A DNA stretch of 39,657 nt from an uncultured Sphaerochaeta sp. (GTDB lineage: Bacteria > Spirochaetota > Spirochaetia > Sphaerochaetales > Sphaerochaetaceae), in NCBI GenBank assembly GCA_964527665.1, contig CAZGOK010000001.1:1-39657 (forward strand), given 5' to 3'. The position numbers and the translations under genes were made by a program. The notes under the pieces were generated by a model. The model saw only the letters and a list, made by a program, of their open reading frames with translations. It ran no database searches and was not told where the DNA came from. Every line of letters starts with the position of its first letter. Positions within the stretch are counted from its first letter, which is position 1. Below are positions 9,003-17,922 of the stretch, piece by piece.

Positions 9003-11060
9003 ATGGGAAAAAATATGCTTGAAATTCGGTTCCTAGGAGCAATTAACACCGTCACCGGTTCTTGTACCTATATGAAATATAGTGATGCTGATGGAAAGAC
9101 GTTGCACTATCTGGTCGATGCTGGGATCATGCAGCAAGAAAAAGAGCCCGATGGACAAAAAGAAGCGATACTGCAGCTTGCCAAACAACTCGATGGAGTC
9201 TTCATCACCCACTCACACATCGATCACATAGGGCTACTGCCAGACTTGTTGGAAAATGGGTTTGCAGGAAATATATACTGCACCAAGGCTACAGCCTCTC
9301 TGATGGAGATAATGCTCAAAGATTACTACACCATACCTGACAGGAGAGACGAAACTGAAAAGTTGCTCTATGACCTCACGGATAAACTGTTTCTAGTCGA
9401 TACTATAAAAAATAAGGGCAGGGATTTTCAGTTCGGGCAAACGTATCTTTCCCTTCACAACAACTTTACCGTAGGGTTTCTCAGGACCTCACACATTTTA
9501 GGTTCGACAGCATACTATTTTCAATGGCGCCCTGATTCAGAAGAAGATGCGTACAAATCGGTACATTTCTCAGGTGACGTGGGTACGGCCGATACCAAGG
9601 AGCACTCCACCTTCATCGCCAAAAACTGGCAGTACCCCTATTTTCAGGGGATAAAAAACTATTTTATTCTGGAATCAACCTATGGTGGTAGGGAAAGGGA
9701 CCCTATCTATACTTTTGAGAAGCGGTTGCTGGCATTGGAAAGGGTTGTCAGGGATGCTATGAACAATAACAAAACGCTCATCATCCCGGTGTTTTCCCAG
9801 CATCGGGCACAGGAAGTGATGCTTGACCTTTTTTATCTCAGTGAAATAAAAAAAGTCAAAGGTCCTACCTACACTGCAAACTTTTACAAAACCAAAAAAG
9901 CATATTCGATTGCAAAGGCAATCGAATCAAGCAAAGAGGAGAGCCATAAACAAGCTATAACAGATTCTGTCAAAAAACTTTGGGAAAAGCATTATCCTCG
10001 TGAGGAGTTTAATCTTGAAGTCCAATTCAAGAATCTCAGTGATGAGTTCATCCGGGCGTGCGTTGATGAGCAGAACAGAATCATGGGAACAGAAGAGACC
10101 AAAAGCTTCACTGTCTCTACCATGCCTGGGATGTTGAATGAAATCTCCAAAGTCTATGCAGAAATGCTTGGGGATGTATTTATGCAGGAAGGGGGCACAT
10201 TGAAGTTCAAATATCTTTCCAACACGTTTCGTGATGCCTTTGTCGGGAAGCACCCAACAACCAGGGAAGAGGTAGAGAGTATCCGGTACGTGCTTAAAAA
10301 GATTTTTACAGGATTTTGCAGGCAAATTGAAAGCCCGAAAAAAAAGTATGCTAAAAATCAACTCGTGGAACAAGAATTCATGCTGCCCTTGATCCCAACC
10401 AAAACAAACATTATCCTCTCTTCCTCGGGGATGTGTGACTATGGCTATATGCCTTTTCTTATTGAGAAATTCTATGCTGATGAGGATACTGTACTTGCTT
10501 TGACAGGGTATCAGGCAGAAGGCACAAATGGGTCCCTCTTGAAAAAATTGGCAGATGATAGTTTGAGTGAGGATGAGAAAGTTCTGATCAAATTAAACAA
10601 TCCGGAAATTTGGCTCTCTGACATCAAACTTAGTGTCATTGACCTTTCTCCCTATTATTCAGGGCATGCCGATATGCATATGCTCCGTGAATATGTGTGC
10701 TCAAAGCATGGTAAAGTCCCCAATACCATACTCTCTGAGGTGTTTCTCAATCATGGGCAAGACTCTTCAAGAATCAAACTACAACAGGAAATTGAATCAC
10801 TGTCGCAGGATATGAAAGTTACCCTGCCTGAGTTGGATATGGTCTACAACCTTACCGATGACACTGTATCCATCGCACCTAAGGTAGTTCCACAAAGAAT
10901 TGATAGGGGTACCGGTGAGCGTGCAAACTCGCTGTTGGGGAAAACGGGTATAGTGCAACTTTCCAACAATGCATATGTGGTTTTGTTTCCTGAAGATGTT
11001 TCTTCGCAAGAAATAGATGAAGTTTTGGCCCCTGTCGCTCGATTCTTTGAAAAACCATGA
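9003..11060 (+). CDS. Metallo-beta-lactamase fold, beta-CASP family (ribo)nuclease
   Basis: FLGA..TVTGS, VDAG, THSHIDH, SHILGS, FSGD, ESTYG, SSSGM, TGYQAEGT, SGHAD, NHG. Start could be 8973, 9003 or 9015. Confidence 0.92.
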   Translation: MGKNMLEIRFLGAINTVTGSCTYMKYSDADGKTLHYLVDAGIMQQEKEPDGQKEAILQLAKQLDGVFITHSHIDHIGLLPDLLENGFAGNIYCTKATASLMEIMLKDYYTIPDRRDETEKLLYDLTDKLFLVDTIKNKGRDFQFGQTYLSLHNNFTVGFLRTSHILGSTAYYFQWRPDSEEDAYKSVHFSGDVGTADTKEHSTFIAKNWQYPYFQGIKNYFILESTYGGRERDPIYTFEKRLLALERVVRDAMNNNKTLIIPVFSQHRAQEVMLDLFYLSEIKKVKGPTYTANFYKTKKAYSIAKAIESSKEESHKQAITDSVKKLWEKHYPREEFNLEVQFKNLSDEFIRACVDEQNRIMGTEETKSFTVSTMPGMLNEISKVYAEMLGDVFMQEGGTLKFKYLSNTFRDAFVGKHPTTREEVESIRYVLKKIFTGFCRQIESPKKKYAKNQLVEQEFMLPLIPTKTNIILSSSGMCDYGYMPFLIEKFYADEDTVLALTGYQAEGTNGSLLKKLADDSLSEDEKVLIKLNNPEIWLSDIKLSVIDLSPYYSGHADMHMLREYVCSKHGKVPNTILSEVFLNHGQDSSRIKLQQEIESLSQDMKVTLPELDMVYNLTDDTVSIAPKVVPQRIDRGTGERANSLLGKTGIVQLSNNAYVVLFPEDVSSQEIDEVLAPVARFFEKP

Positions 11061-11070
11061 GAGAAGAAGT

Positions 11071-11107
11071 CAGCAGAACAGAGAGTTGAAAGCTCTCTAT
11101 TCTGCTG
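11071..11107. terminator. Stem-loop between the convergent nuclease and MATE copy 2
   Basis: CAGCAGAA-c-AGAGAG-ttgaaag-CTCTCT-a-TTCTGCTG. Confidence 0.65.
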
Positions 11108-11192
11108 CCTTGATAGCTCTGTTTAGAGAGAGCTTCTCACACAGAAGCAGTGGATTTTCAAGGTTTCTACACTCGTTTCAAGACATTTTTGC

Positions 11193-12554
11193 TCAGATCA
11201 CCTCTAATAATTTCCACTTTCCCCTGAGGAAGCGGATGATGAACAGCACCCCTCGGAAGAACCAGTCGATATACATGCCGAACCATACTCCATAAACTCC
11301 AAACCCAAACTGGAAGGAGAGCACATAGCTTGAGCCCACCCTGAAGACCCACATGGTGAACATCGAGACGATCATGGTGTACTTCACATCCCCTGCTGCC
11401 CTGAGGAAGTTGGGGACGGTGAAGGCCATCGGCCAGATGACGGCGGTTGCGACCATCGCTGTCCTGATGATGTTGCTTGCAAGGAGCGAGGCTTCGGCGG
11501 AGAGACTGAAGAGGTGGACTATCTGGGGGGTGAAGATGAAGATGGGGATGGTCATGATGCCCATGGAGGCATAGGTTATCAGCAGCAGCCACTTGCCGTA
11601 GTGGACCGCCTGCTCGGGCTTCTTTGCCCCGAGGCTCTGCCCTATGATGGTGATGGAGGCCATGTTTATGGCCCCTCCTGGGATATTGGCCAGAGAAGAG
11701 ACGGAGCCTGCGATGGCGTTGGCGGCAAGGGCAACGGTGCCGAATGAGGCAATGAAGCCCTGGACCATCAAGCGCCCGATGTGGAACATGCTCCCTTCAA
11801 TGCCTGTGGGAACCCCAATCTGCAGGATCTTCTTCACTTTTTCCCAGTGCCATTCGAATTTCCATATCTTATGGATGAAGATTATGTTTGCCTTGTTGCT
11901 TATCAGGATGACCATGATGATGGCAGCTGCCATCCGGCTGAGCAGCGTGGCAAGCGCTGCTCCGGTTACCCCAAGGTGCAGGCCAAAGATGAAGTAGGCG
12001 TTGCCTACGATGTTGATGATGTTCATCAGGGTGCTTACAAGGAGTGAGACCTTGCTGTTACCCATGGAGCGGAACAGGGCCGCACAGGCATTGTAGGAGG
12101 CGAGGAATGGCAAGGACAGGAGGATATAGAGGAAATATACGGTGCTGTTGGCCAGGACATCCGCTTCCAGCGAGCCGAATATGAGGATGATGATGTTCTT
12201 GCGTACCGGGATGCACAGAATGAGCAGCACGGTGGAGACCACCACCGAGAGGATGAACAGCTGCTTGGCCGCATCATTGGCCGAAACCCGGTCTTTCCTT
12301 CCCAGGTACTGGCTCGCTACAACCGCGCCTCCTGTGGCGAAGGCTGCGAAGAGTTGGATGATGAGGTAGGATATGCCGTCGACTATGCTGACGGCACTCA
12401 CCGCAGCCTCTCCGACTGATGCCACCATCATGGTATCGGCCATACCAATGGTGACGGCAAGAAACTGCTCTGCGATCAGAGGTAGGATGAGCCTACGAAG
12501 AAACTGGGGGGAGAACAGGGCATCTCCCAAGGATCGGCGTTCTGCTTTTTTCAC
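11193..12554 (-). CDS. MATE family efflux transporter, copy 2 (453 aa from GTG 12554)
   Basis: Colinear paralog of 7233-8594; GTG 12554 gives the same length and has a GAGG SD at the equivalent position. Confidence 0.95.
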   Translation of the reverse strand: MKKAERRSLGDALFSPQFLRRLILPLIAEQFLAVTIGMADTMMVASVGEAAVSAVSIVDGISYLIIQLFAAFATGGAVVASQYLGRKDRVSANDAAKQLFILSVVVSTVLLILCIPVRKNIIILIFGSLEADVLANSTVYFLYILLSLPFLASYNACAALFRSMGNSKVSLLVSTLMNIINIVGNAYFIFGLHLGVTGAALATLLSRMAAAIIMVILISNKANIIFIHKIWKFEWHWEKVKKILQIGVPTGIEGSMFHIGRLMVQGFIASFGTVALAANAIAGSVSSLANIPGGAINMASITIIGQSLGAKKPEQAVHYGKWLLLITYASMGIMTIPIFIFTPQIVHLFSLSAEASLLASNIIRTAMVATAVIWPMAFTVPNFLRAAGDVKYTMIVSMFTMWVFRVGSSYVLSFQFGFGVYGVWFGMYIDWFFRGVLFIIRFLRGKWKLLEVI

Positions 12555-12573
12555 TGACAAGAACCTCGGCACT

Positions 12574-12602
12574 ATCATAGGGGCTAAAAACTGTAGGGAC
12601 AA
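12574..12602 (-). promoter_or_regulatory. Putative promoter of MATE copy 2
   Basis: TTGTCC-17-TATGAT. Confidence 0.55.
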
Positions 12603-12630
12603 GGGGGGCTTGAGAGCAAGTCCCCCTTGT
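12599..12630 (-). terminator. Hairpin ending the ABC operon
   Basis: ACAAGGGGGGCTTG-agag-CAAGTCCCCCTTGT. Confidence 0.65.
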
Positions 12631-12644
12631 TCATCAAATGTACT

Positions 12645-13436
12645 CTAGCCTTTTGTGAGAAGGCCCTGGTCACTGTCAAAGGTCTTGTTCCTGAGGTCCT
12701 TGAAGAGTTTGACAAGCTTCTCCACCGTAAGCTTGGACTTCTCTTCCCCTGCGACATCCAAGATGATGTTCCCCTCATCCATCATGATCAGGCGGTTTCC
12801 GAAGTCGATGGCAAACTGCATGTTGTGCGTGACCATCAGGGCTGTCAGCCTGTACTCCCGTATGTAACGCTCGGTGAGGGCCATGACTATCTGGGCGTTG
12901 CGGGGGTCGAGAGCCGCCGTGTGTTCGTCAAGCAGGACCATCTTGGGCTTGCTCATGACGGTCATAAGGAGGGTGAGGGCCTGTCTCTGGCCCCCAGAAA
13001 GAAGCCCCACGTTGTCCTTCAGCCTGTCCTGCAACCCGATGGGTTCCAGAAGGTGGCTGAAAAACTTACGCTTCTCATTATTAAGGCTTACGCGCAATCC
13101 TTTCATCCCCTTGGTGGCGGCTGTGATCATGTTGTCCTCGATGGACATGTTTGCAGCGGTGCCCTTGGTGGGGTCCTGGAAGATTCTCCCGATGGTCATC
13201 GCCCGCTTGTACTCTGCGCTGTTGGTCACATCTGTGCCATCGAAGATGATCTTGCCGCTGGTAAGGGGGTAGGTTCCGCTGACCAGGTTGAACAGGGTGG
13301 ATTTTCCCGACCCATTGGAACCGACCACACAGATGACATCTTCCTTGTTCACATGCAGGCTCACATCATCGATGGCCATCTTCTCATTGACAGTGCCCGG
13401 GTAGAAGACTTTGGTCATATTGGTTATTTCAAGCAT
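12645..13436 (-). CDS. ABC transporter ATP-binding protein
   Basis: GSNGSGKST, LSGGQRQ, LLDEHTAALD, VTHN. Confidence 0.96.
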   Translation of the reverse strand: MLEITNMTKVFYPGTVNEKMAIDDVSLHVNKEDVICVVGSNGSGKSTLFNLVSGTYPLTSGKIIFDGTDVTNSAEYKRAMTIGRIFQDPTKGTAANMSIEDNMITAATKGMKGLRVSLNNEKRKFFSHLLEPIGLQDRLKDNVGLLSGGQRQALTLLMTVMSKPKMVLLDEHTAALDPRNAQIVMALTERYIREYRLTALMVTHNMQFAIDFGNRLIMMDEGNIILDVAGEEKSKLTVEKLVKLFKDLRNKTFDSDQGLLTKG

Positions 13437-14383
13437 CAGTTCTCCTCCTTCAGGGTGGCTTCATGTTTGGCTATGGAGCGTGCAATGGCTTTTTTCTTAG
13501 CCCCCTTGGATGAAGCCAGGCTTCTTGTCTGGGCTATGAACAGGGAGGCAATGACCAGGATGCCAGTGAGCAACTTGAAGTCATTGGGGGTGATATGGAT
13601 CAGGTAGCCGTATTTTCGTCCGAAGAACATGAGGGCCTTGTACATGATGGCGCCAAATATGGCGCGCAGGGTAAGAAGGGATATCCGGTTGGTGGAGAAG
13701 AGGAACTCCCCAAGCATGATGGCAGCAAGGCCCTGGATGATCATGCCCTGGCCGAGGTTTGCATCAGCAAAGCCCTGGTACTGGGCAAGCAGTCCCCCCG
13801 AAAGGGCGATCAGGCCGTTGGACAGTCCGATACCCATGAGCTTGAGCACCTCAGGATTGATGCCCTGGCTGATGACCATCTGCTCATTGCCTCCCATCGC
13901 ACCCATGGAGACTCCCAAGTCGGTGCGGAAGAAGATGTCGATGAGTACCTTTACAAACAGGACTACCGCAAGCGTCCCTACAAGGGAGGCCCACTCCGGT
14001 GAAAGGGTGGTGAAGAAAGAGGGAAGCTTTGAGTAGAGCGTCTCGACGCGCAAGAGCGGTACGTTGGCCTTGTTGCCCAGGATGCGCAAATTGATCGAAT
14101 AGAGCATCGTCATGGTGAGGATTCCTGCCAGGAGGCCGGGTATCTTCAGTTTGTTGTGTATGGCTGCGGTCACCATGCCGGCCAGTACCCCTGCAACAAA
14201 GGAGAGCAGCAGGGCAAGAGATATCGGCAGGCCGTTGACGATTGCCATCGTTGCCACCGCCGCCCCTGTTGCAACCGATCCGTCGCACGTCAGGTCGGCA
14301 AAGTCCAATATCCTATAAGAGATGAGAATGCCAATGACCATAAGTGAAAAGACCAGGCCATCTACGAAAATTCCTTCTAACAT
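13436..14383 (-). CDS. ABC transporter permease (BPD_transp_2-like)
   Basis: Hydrophobic; ISYRILDFADLTCDGS, LLAGIL, LSNGLIALSG. Confidence 0.93.
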   Translation of the reverse strand: MLEGIFVDGLVFSLMVIGILISYRILDFADLTCDGSVATGAAVATMAIVNGLPISLALLLSFVAGVLAGMVTAAIHNKLKIPGLLAGILTMTMLYSINLRILGNKANVPLLRVETLYSKLPSFFTTLSPEWASLVGTLAVVLFVKVLIDIFFRTDLGVSMGAMGGNEQMVISQGINPEVLKLMGIGLSNGLIALSGGLLAQYQGFADANLGQGMIIQGLAAIMLGEFLFSTNRISLLTLRAIFGAIMYKALMFFGRKYGYLIHITPNDFKLLTGILVIASLFIAQTRSLASSKGAKKKAIARSIAKHEATLKEEN

Positions 14384-14405
14384 GTAAAACCCCTTCACAA
14401 GAAAA

Positions 14406-14435
14406 AACCGCCGCTCTCAAACAAGAGTGGCGGTT
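14406..14435 (-). terminator. Intra-operon terminator-like hairpin after the binding-protein gene
   Basis: Minus strand AACCGCCACTCT-tgtttg-AGAGCGGCGGTT then TTTTC. Confidence 0.7.
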
Positions 14436-14450
14436 CTATAATGACCCAGA

Positions 14451-15455
14451 CTATTTCTGCCTGATGGTCTTTCCGTCCTTGATGAGCACAGCCGCACTGT
14501 CCAGCAGTGACTGCGGAATAGTATAGCCAAGCTTCTTGGCTGTATCAAGATTGAACCAAAGCTCGAACTTGGTTGGATCGGTGATATAGACGGTTCCAAT
14601 CGATCCTGCTTTCTCGCCCTTGAGCAGTTTCTCAACCACTTTGCCTGTTTCCACTCCGATGCTGTAGTAGTCAAAGCCCCATGCGATCATGGCATTGAGC
14701 CCGTCAACTCCAGAGGGGTCGGCACTCATCAAGGGCTTGCCGGCCTTGGTGGTGACATCGTCGACAGAGGCGAGGGCACTGATGACGGCGTTGTCTGTAG
14801 CAATGTAGATGGCATCGACGCGGTCGATGATGGCCTGGGTTGCCATTTTGACTTCACTGGAGTTGCTGATGGCAGCAGAGACAAAGCCTACACCAAGGTT
14901 TTCACAAGCGGCCTTGGCCATCTCCATCAGGATGACGCCGTTGGCCTCTCCCGATGCGTAGATGTTTCCAATTGTCTTGGCACCGGTAAGGTCAACCAAA
15001 AGCTTGATCTGCTCCTGGACAGGGTTCTTGTCCGAAACCCCTGCGATGTTCGCTGCAACCAAGCCGGCTTCAGATGCGTCGGTGACGGCACTGAATACCA
15101 CCGGGGTGGAAGAGGTGATCGGGAAGACCTGGGCAAGGGCCTGTGCTGAGGGAGTGGCTATGCCGACAGCCACATCCACCCTGTCGCTTTTGAACTTCTG
15201 AGCGATGGAGGATGCTGTTGAGATGTCGCCGTTGGCATTCTGCAGGTCAAAGGAGACCTCCAAGCCGGTTGTGGCAAGATAATCCATCATTCCTTTCTCT
15301 GCAGCATCCAGGGCTGGGTGCGCAAGGAGTTTTGATACCCCTACCTTGTATCCTGTAGACGCCGGCTTTTCAGCGGCTCCGCCTGCAAAAATAAAGGATG
15401 TAGTGCTAAGAAGTATGACGAGCAATAAGGCTAGAGTGCGAAGTGTGATTTTCAT
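14451..15455 (-). CDS. ABC substrate-binding protein 1 (ABC_sub_bind family; aromatic amino acid ligand plausible)
   Basis: Signal peptide ending FAGG; HPALD, NANGD, IATPSAQ, FSAVTD, TDNAV; GGAGG SD. Confidence 0.92.
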   Translation of the reverse strand: MKITLRTLALLLVILLSTTSFIFAGGAAEKPASTGYKVGVSKLLAHPALDAAEKGMMDYLATTGLEVSFDLQNANGDISTASSIAQKFKSDRVDVAVGIATPSAQALAQVFPITSSTPVVFSAVTDASEAGLVAANIAGVSDKNPVQEQIKLLVDLTGAKTIGNIYASGEANGVILMEMAKAACENLGVGFVSAAISNSSEVKMATQAIIDRVDAIYIATDNAVISALASVDDVTTKAGKPLMSADPSGVDGLNAMIAWGFDYYSIGVETGKVVEKLLKGEKAGSIGTVYITDPTKFELWFNLDTAKKLGYTIPQSLLDSAAVLIKDGKTIRQK

Positions 15456-15493
15456 AAGGTATCCTCCCGATATGTGGCAACTGCGATTGCGCA

Positions 15494-15522
15494 ACTATAG
15501 CCTTATTTTTGTCTTTTGTAAA
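15494..15522 (-). promoter_or_regulatory. Putative promoter of the ABC operon
   Basis: TTTACA-17-TATAGT. Confidence 0.6.
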
Positions 15523-15720
15523 TCGTATTATGCATAATATTGAATATTAATTCATACTTTATGCATATGAGTTGTTGTGCACGTAACAAACCAGCCATTT
15601 TTCCCTACACAACTGGGATTCCAGGAGCGTAGTAGTATGAGCACATGCTGCTAAAAAAGCATTCCAGAGCATTGGACACTGACCAATTAGGCATGGAGGG
15701 AACAAGGAAGAGGACATATG

Positions 15721-15753
15721 CAAGCTCTCCGGAAGGCTTCTCCGGAGAGCTTG
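15721..15753. terminator. Perfect 13-bp stem-loop downstream of the small lipoprotein gene
   Basis: CAAGCTCTCCGGA-aggcttc-TCCGGAGAGCTTG. Confidence 0.65.
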
Positions 15754-15789
15754 GTTAGGTTCTTTATACTCTATCGCAAACAGCGATTG

Positions 15790-16098
15790 TCACTTCCTTC
15801 TTGACTTCCTTCTTGCCAAGGAGATGCCTCCAAAGCCGCTGATGATCGCGATATAGAAGCCAAAGTCATAGAGCCAGCCGCTATTGTACGCCTCATATAT
15901 GCGGACAGAGGGATTGAAGAAGCCCATAATGAGGGATATGGGGGCTATCCACCCATGCCAGATGCCCAGGAAGAATCCTGCAGGCTTGTCCACTGTGGTG
16001 ATGAGCGTTCCCGGCAGGCATGCGGTGAGCAGGAACGTCGAGATGATAAGCAGCACTATGCAGGTCAAGGCCGTTCGCCTTTGTATTGGTTGGGTCAT
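15790..16098 (-). CDS. Small membrane lipoprotein, hypothetical
   Basis: Lipobox LLTAC; hydrophobic GFFLGIWHG and YDFGFY segments; AGGAGG SD. Confidence 0.8.
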   Translation of the reverse strand: MTQPIQRRTALTCIVLLIISTFLLTACLPGTLITTVDKPAGFFLGIWHGWIAPISLIMGFFNPSVRIYEAYNSGWLYDFGFYIAIISGFGGISLARRKSRRK

Positions 16099-16210
16099 GG
16101 GATCCTCCTAAAGCTGTCCTAAGAGTACCCCCATGGTGGGCATTGGGCAAGACGGTGCACAGTGCATCGTCCACCTTTTGGTTCTGAAGAGCTATGGATA
16201 GGGACTAAAA

Positions 16211-16241
16211 AAGAGAATCTGGATCCAATCCAGATTCTCTT
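16211..16241 (-). terminator. Intrinsic terminator of binding protein 2
   Basis: 14-bp perfect stem AAGAGAATCTGGAT-cca-ATCCAGATTCTCTT, with a T run on the minus strand. Confidence 0.75.
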
Positions 16242-16303
16242 CATCCAAGGGTATCTATGGGTAGTTATTAGGTGGAACAGAGTATCAAGGGCTAGTACAC
16301 CCA

Positions 16304-17299
16304 TCAGGGGCGCTGTATCTTTCCATCCTTGACCAGTACAGCAGCTGAGGCAAGCAGCCTTTCATCAATGGTGATGCCAAGCTTCTTTGCCACATCAAGG
16401 TTGAACCAGAGTTCGAACTGAGTGGGGTCATCAAAGAAGACCGCTCCGACATCCTTGGGGTCCTCTCCATTGAGGATCCTCTCCACCACCTTGCCTGTCT
16501 CTACTCCTACGGTGTAGTAGTTGAAGCCCCAGCTCATGAGGAAGTCGATGTTCTCGCTGCTGGTGGTATCAGTATTGAAAAGAGGGATGTCTGCCTTCTT
16601 GCATACATCACTGACGCCTGCAATGGCACTGACCACTGTGTTGTCGATGGCGATGTACATGCCGTCAATGCGTCCGACGATAGACTGGGCAGCCATCTTT
16701 ACTTCACTGGAGTTGCTCACAGCCGCTGCTACGAACTCAATGCCACGGGCTTTACAGATATCCCTTGCCAGTTCCATCATGGCAACGCCGTTGGCTTCAC
16801 TGCTGGTGTAGATCATGCCTAATCTTTTTACTCCAGTGATGGAGAAAAAAGTATCCAGCTGTAACTCGACAGGGTTGAGGTCTGAGATTCCTGCAATATT
16901 GGTCGGCTCTGTCCTGTCATAGTTTGCAACAAGACCCGCTGCAAGGGGGTCGGTAATTGCTCCGAAGACCACAGGCTTGTCGGTTATGACTTGTGCGAGG
17001 GCTTGGGCTGGAGGGGTGGCAATTCCTATGACCAGGTCTTTTTTGTCGCTTTTGAACTTCTGTGCTATTGCGATGGCGGTGCTGATCTCTGCGTTGCAGT
17101 TCTGCAGGTCAAAGGTTGCCTTGATGGTGGTGCTGTTGAGGTAGTCCTGGATGCCCTGCTCGATATCATCGAGGGCGGGGTGGGAGACCATCTTGGAGAT
17201 GCCGATGGAAACCCCCTCTTTTTTTGTCTCGGTGGCAGGCTGGGCTAAAAGGAGGGAAGGGATTATGAGGGCGATGATGAGGATGGCAAGTTTTTTCAT
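16304..17299 (-). CDS. ABC substrate-binding protein 2 (paralog of 14451-15455)
   Basis: HPALD, AQKFKSD, IATPPAQ, SNSSEVKMA, FELWFNLD shared with protein 1; AAGGAG SD; TTGCAT-17-TATAGT upstream. Confidence 0.92.
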   Translation of the reverse strand: MKKLAILIIALIIPSLLLAQPATETKKEGVSIGISKMVSHPALDDIEQGIQDYLNSTTIKATFDLQNCNAEISTAIAIAQKFKSDKKDLVIGIATPPAQALAQVITDKPVVFGAITDPLAAGLVANYDRTEPTNIAGISDLNPVELQLDTFFSITGVKRLGMIYTSSEANGVAMMELARDICKARGIEFVAAAVSNSSEVKMAAQSIVGRIDGMYIAIDNTVVSAIAGVSDVCKKADIPLFNTDTTSSENIDFLMSWGFNYYTVGVETGKVVERILNGEDPKDVGAVFFDDPTQFELWFNLDVAKKLGITIDERLLASAAVLVKDGKIQRP

Positions 17300-17434
17300 G
17301 GTGGTTCTCCTTGTGATGGCGTTACTATACATAGTAACTTGGAAGGATGCAAGTATCTTTGCATAGAAACATGAAAAAACCGATTTCTTTTTTCTTTTTT
17401 TGAATGTTTTCCTGGGTGATCGTTCAGTGCAAAT

Positions 17435-17469
17435 AAAAAACCTCCCCAACATACCATGGGGAGGTTTTG
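17435..17469 (-). terminator. Intrinsic terminator of the acidic protein gene
   Basis: Minus strand AAAACCTCCCCA-8nt-TGGGGAGGTTTTTT. Confidence 0.8.
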
Positions 17470-17487
17470 CTGATGGTGCTCTAGGCT

Positions 17488-17778
17488 CTAGAAATCATCG
17501 TCATCATCGAGGTCATCGAGTGAAAAATCATCCTCGTCTTCCTCGTCGAAGACCACATCCTCAAACGACTCATCACCGTCGATCATGAAAGCGTCGTCGA
17601 TGAGCTCGTCCTCGTCTTCCTCACTGTCGAGAGGCTCGTCGTCATCATCGCCGAATTCAATTACCTCCGGGGCATCGTACAGGTCTGCCAAATAAGCATC
17701 TTCTTCATCTTCGAGCTTGCTGAAGTAACGATCTTCCTCATCATCGAGGTCTTCCTCTTCATCACGGTATTTAGCCAT
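17488..17778 (-). CDS. Small, extremely acidic protein (96 aa) of unknown function
   Basis: MAKYRDEEEDLDD...LDDDDDF; own promoter, AAGGAG SD and terminator. Confidence 0.85.
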   Translation of the reverse strand: MAKYRDEEEDLDDEEDRYFSKLEDEEDAYLADLYDAPEVIEFGDDDDEPLDSEEDEDELIDDAFMIDGDESFEDVVFDEEDEDDFSLDDLDDDDDF

Positions 17779-17819
17779 GTTCCTTCTCCTTGAAAAACTT
17801 CTCTTCCCTTCTAGGTATA

Positions 17820-17848
17820 ACAGTAAAAGATGCTCATTCACTTGTCAA
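17820..17848 (-). promoter_or_regulatory. Near-consensus sigma70 promoter of the acidic protein gene
   Basis: TTGACA-17-TACTGT. Confidence 0.7.
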
Positions 17849-17922
17849 TTGCTTATTGGTCATTCCTGTATGGTTGCAGTAACTCTGGACAGCTCCGTTT
17901 CACACTGCTATGATTGGCCCAT

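Noticed and set aside
8641-16241. Similar perfect 13-14 bp hairpins at 8641, 15721 and 16211 as a REP or CRISPR-like repeat family
   Set aside because: Stem sequences differ, spacing is irregular and each lies at a gene boundary, so they are best explained as terminators
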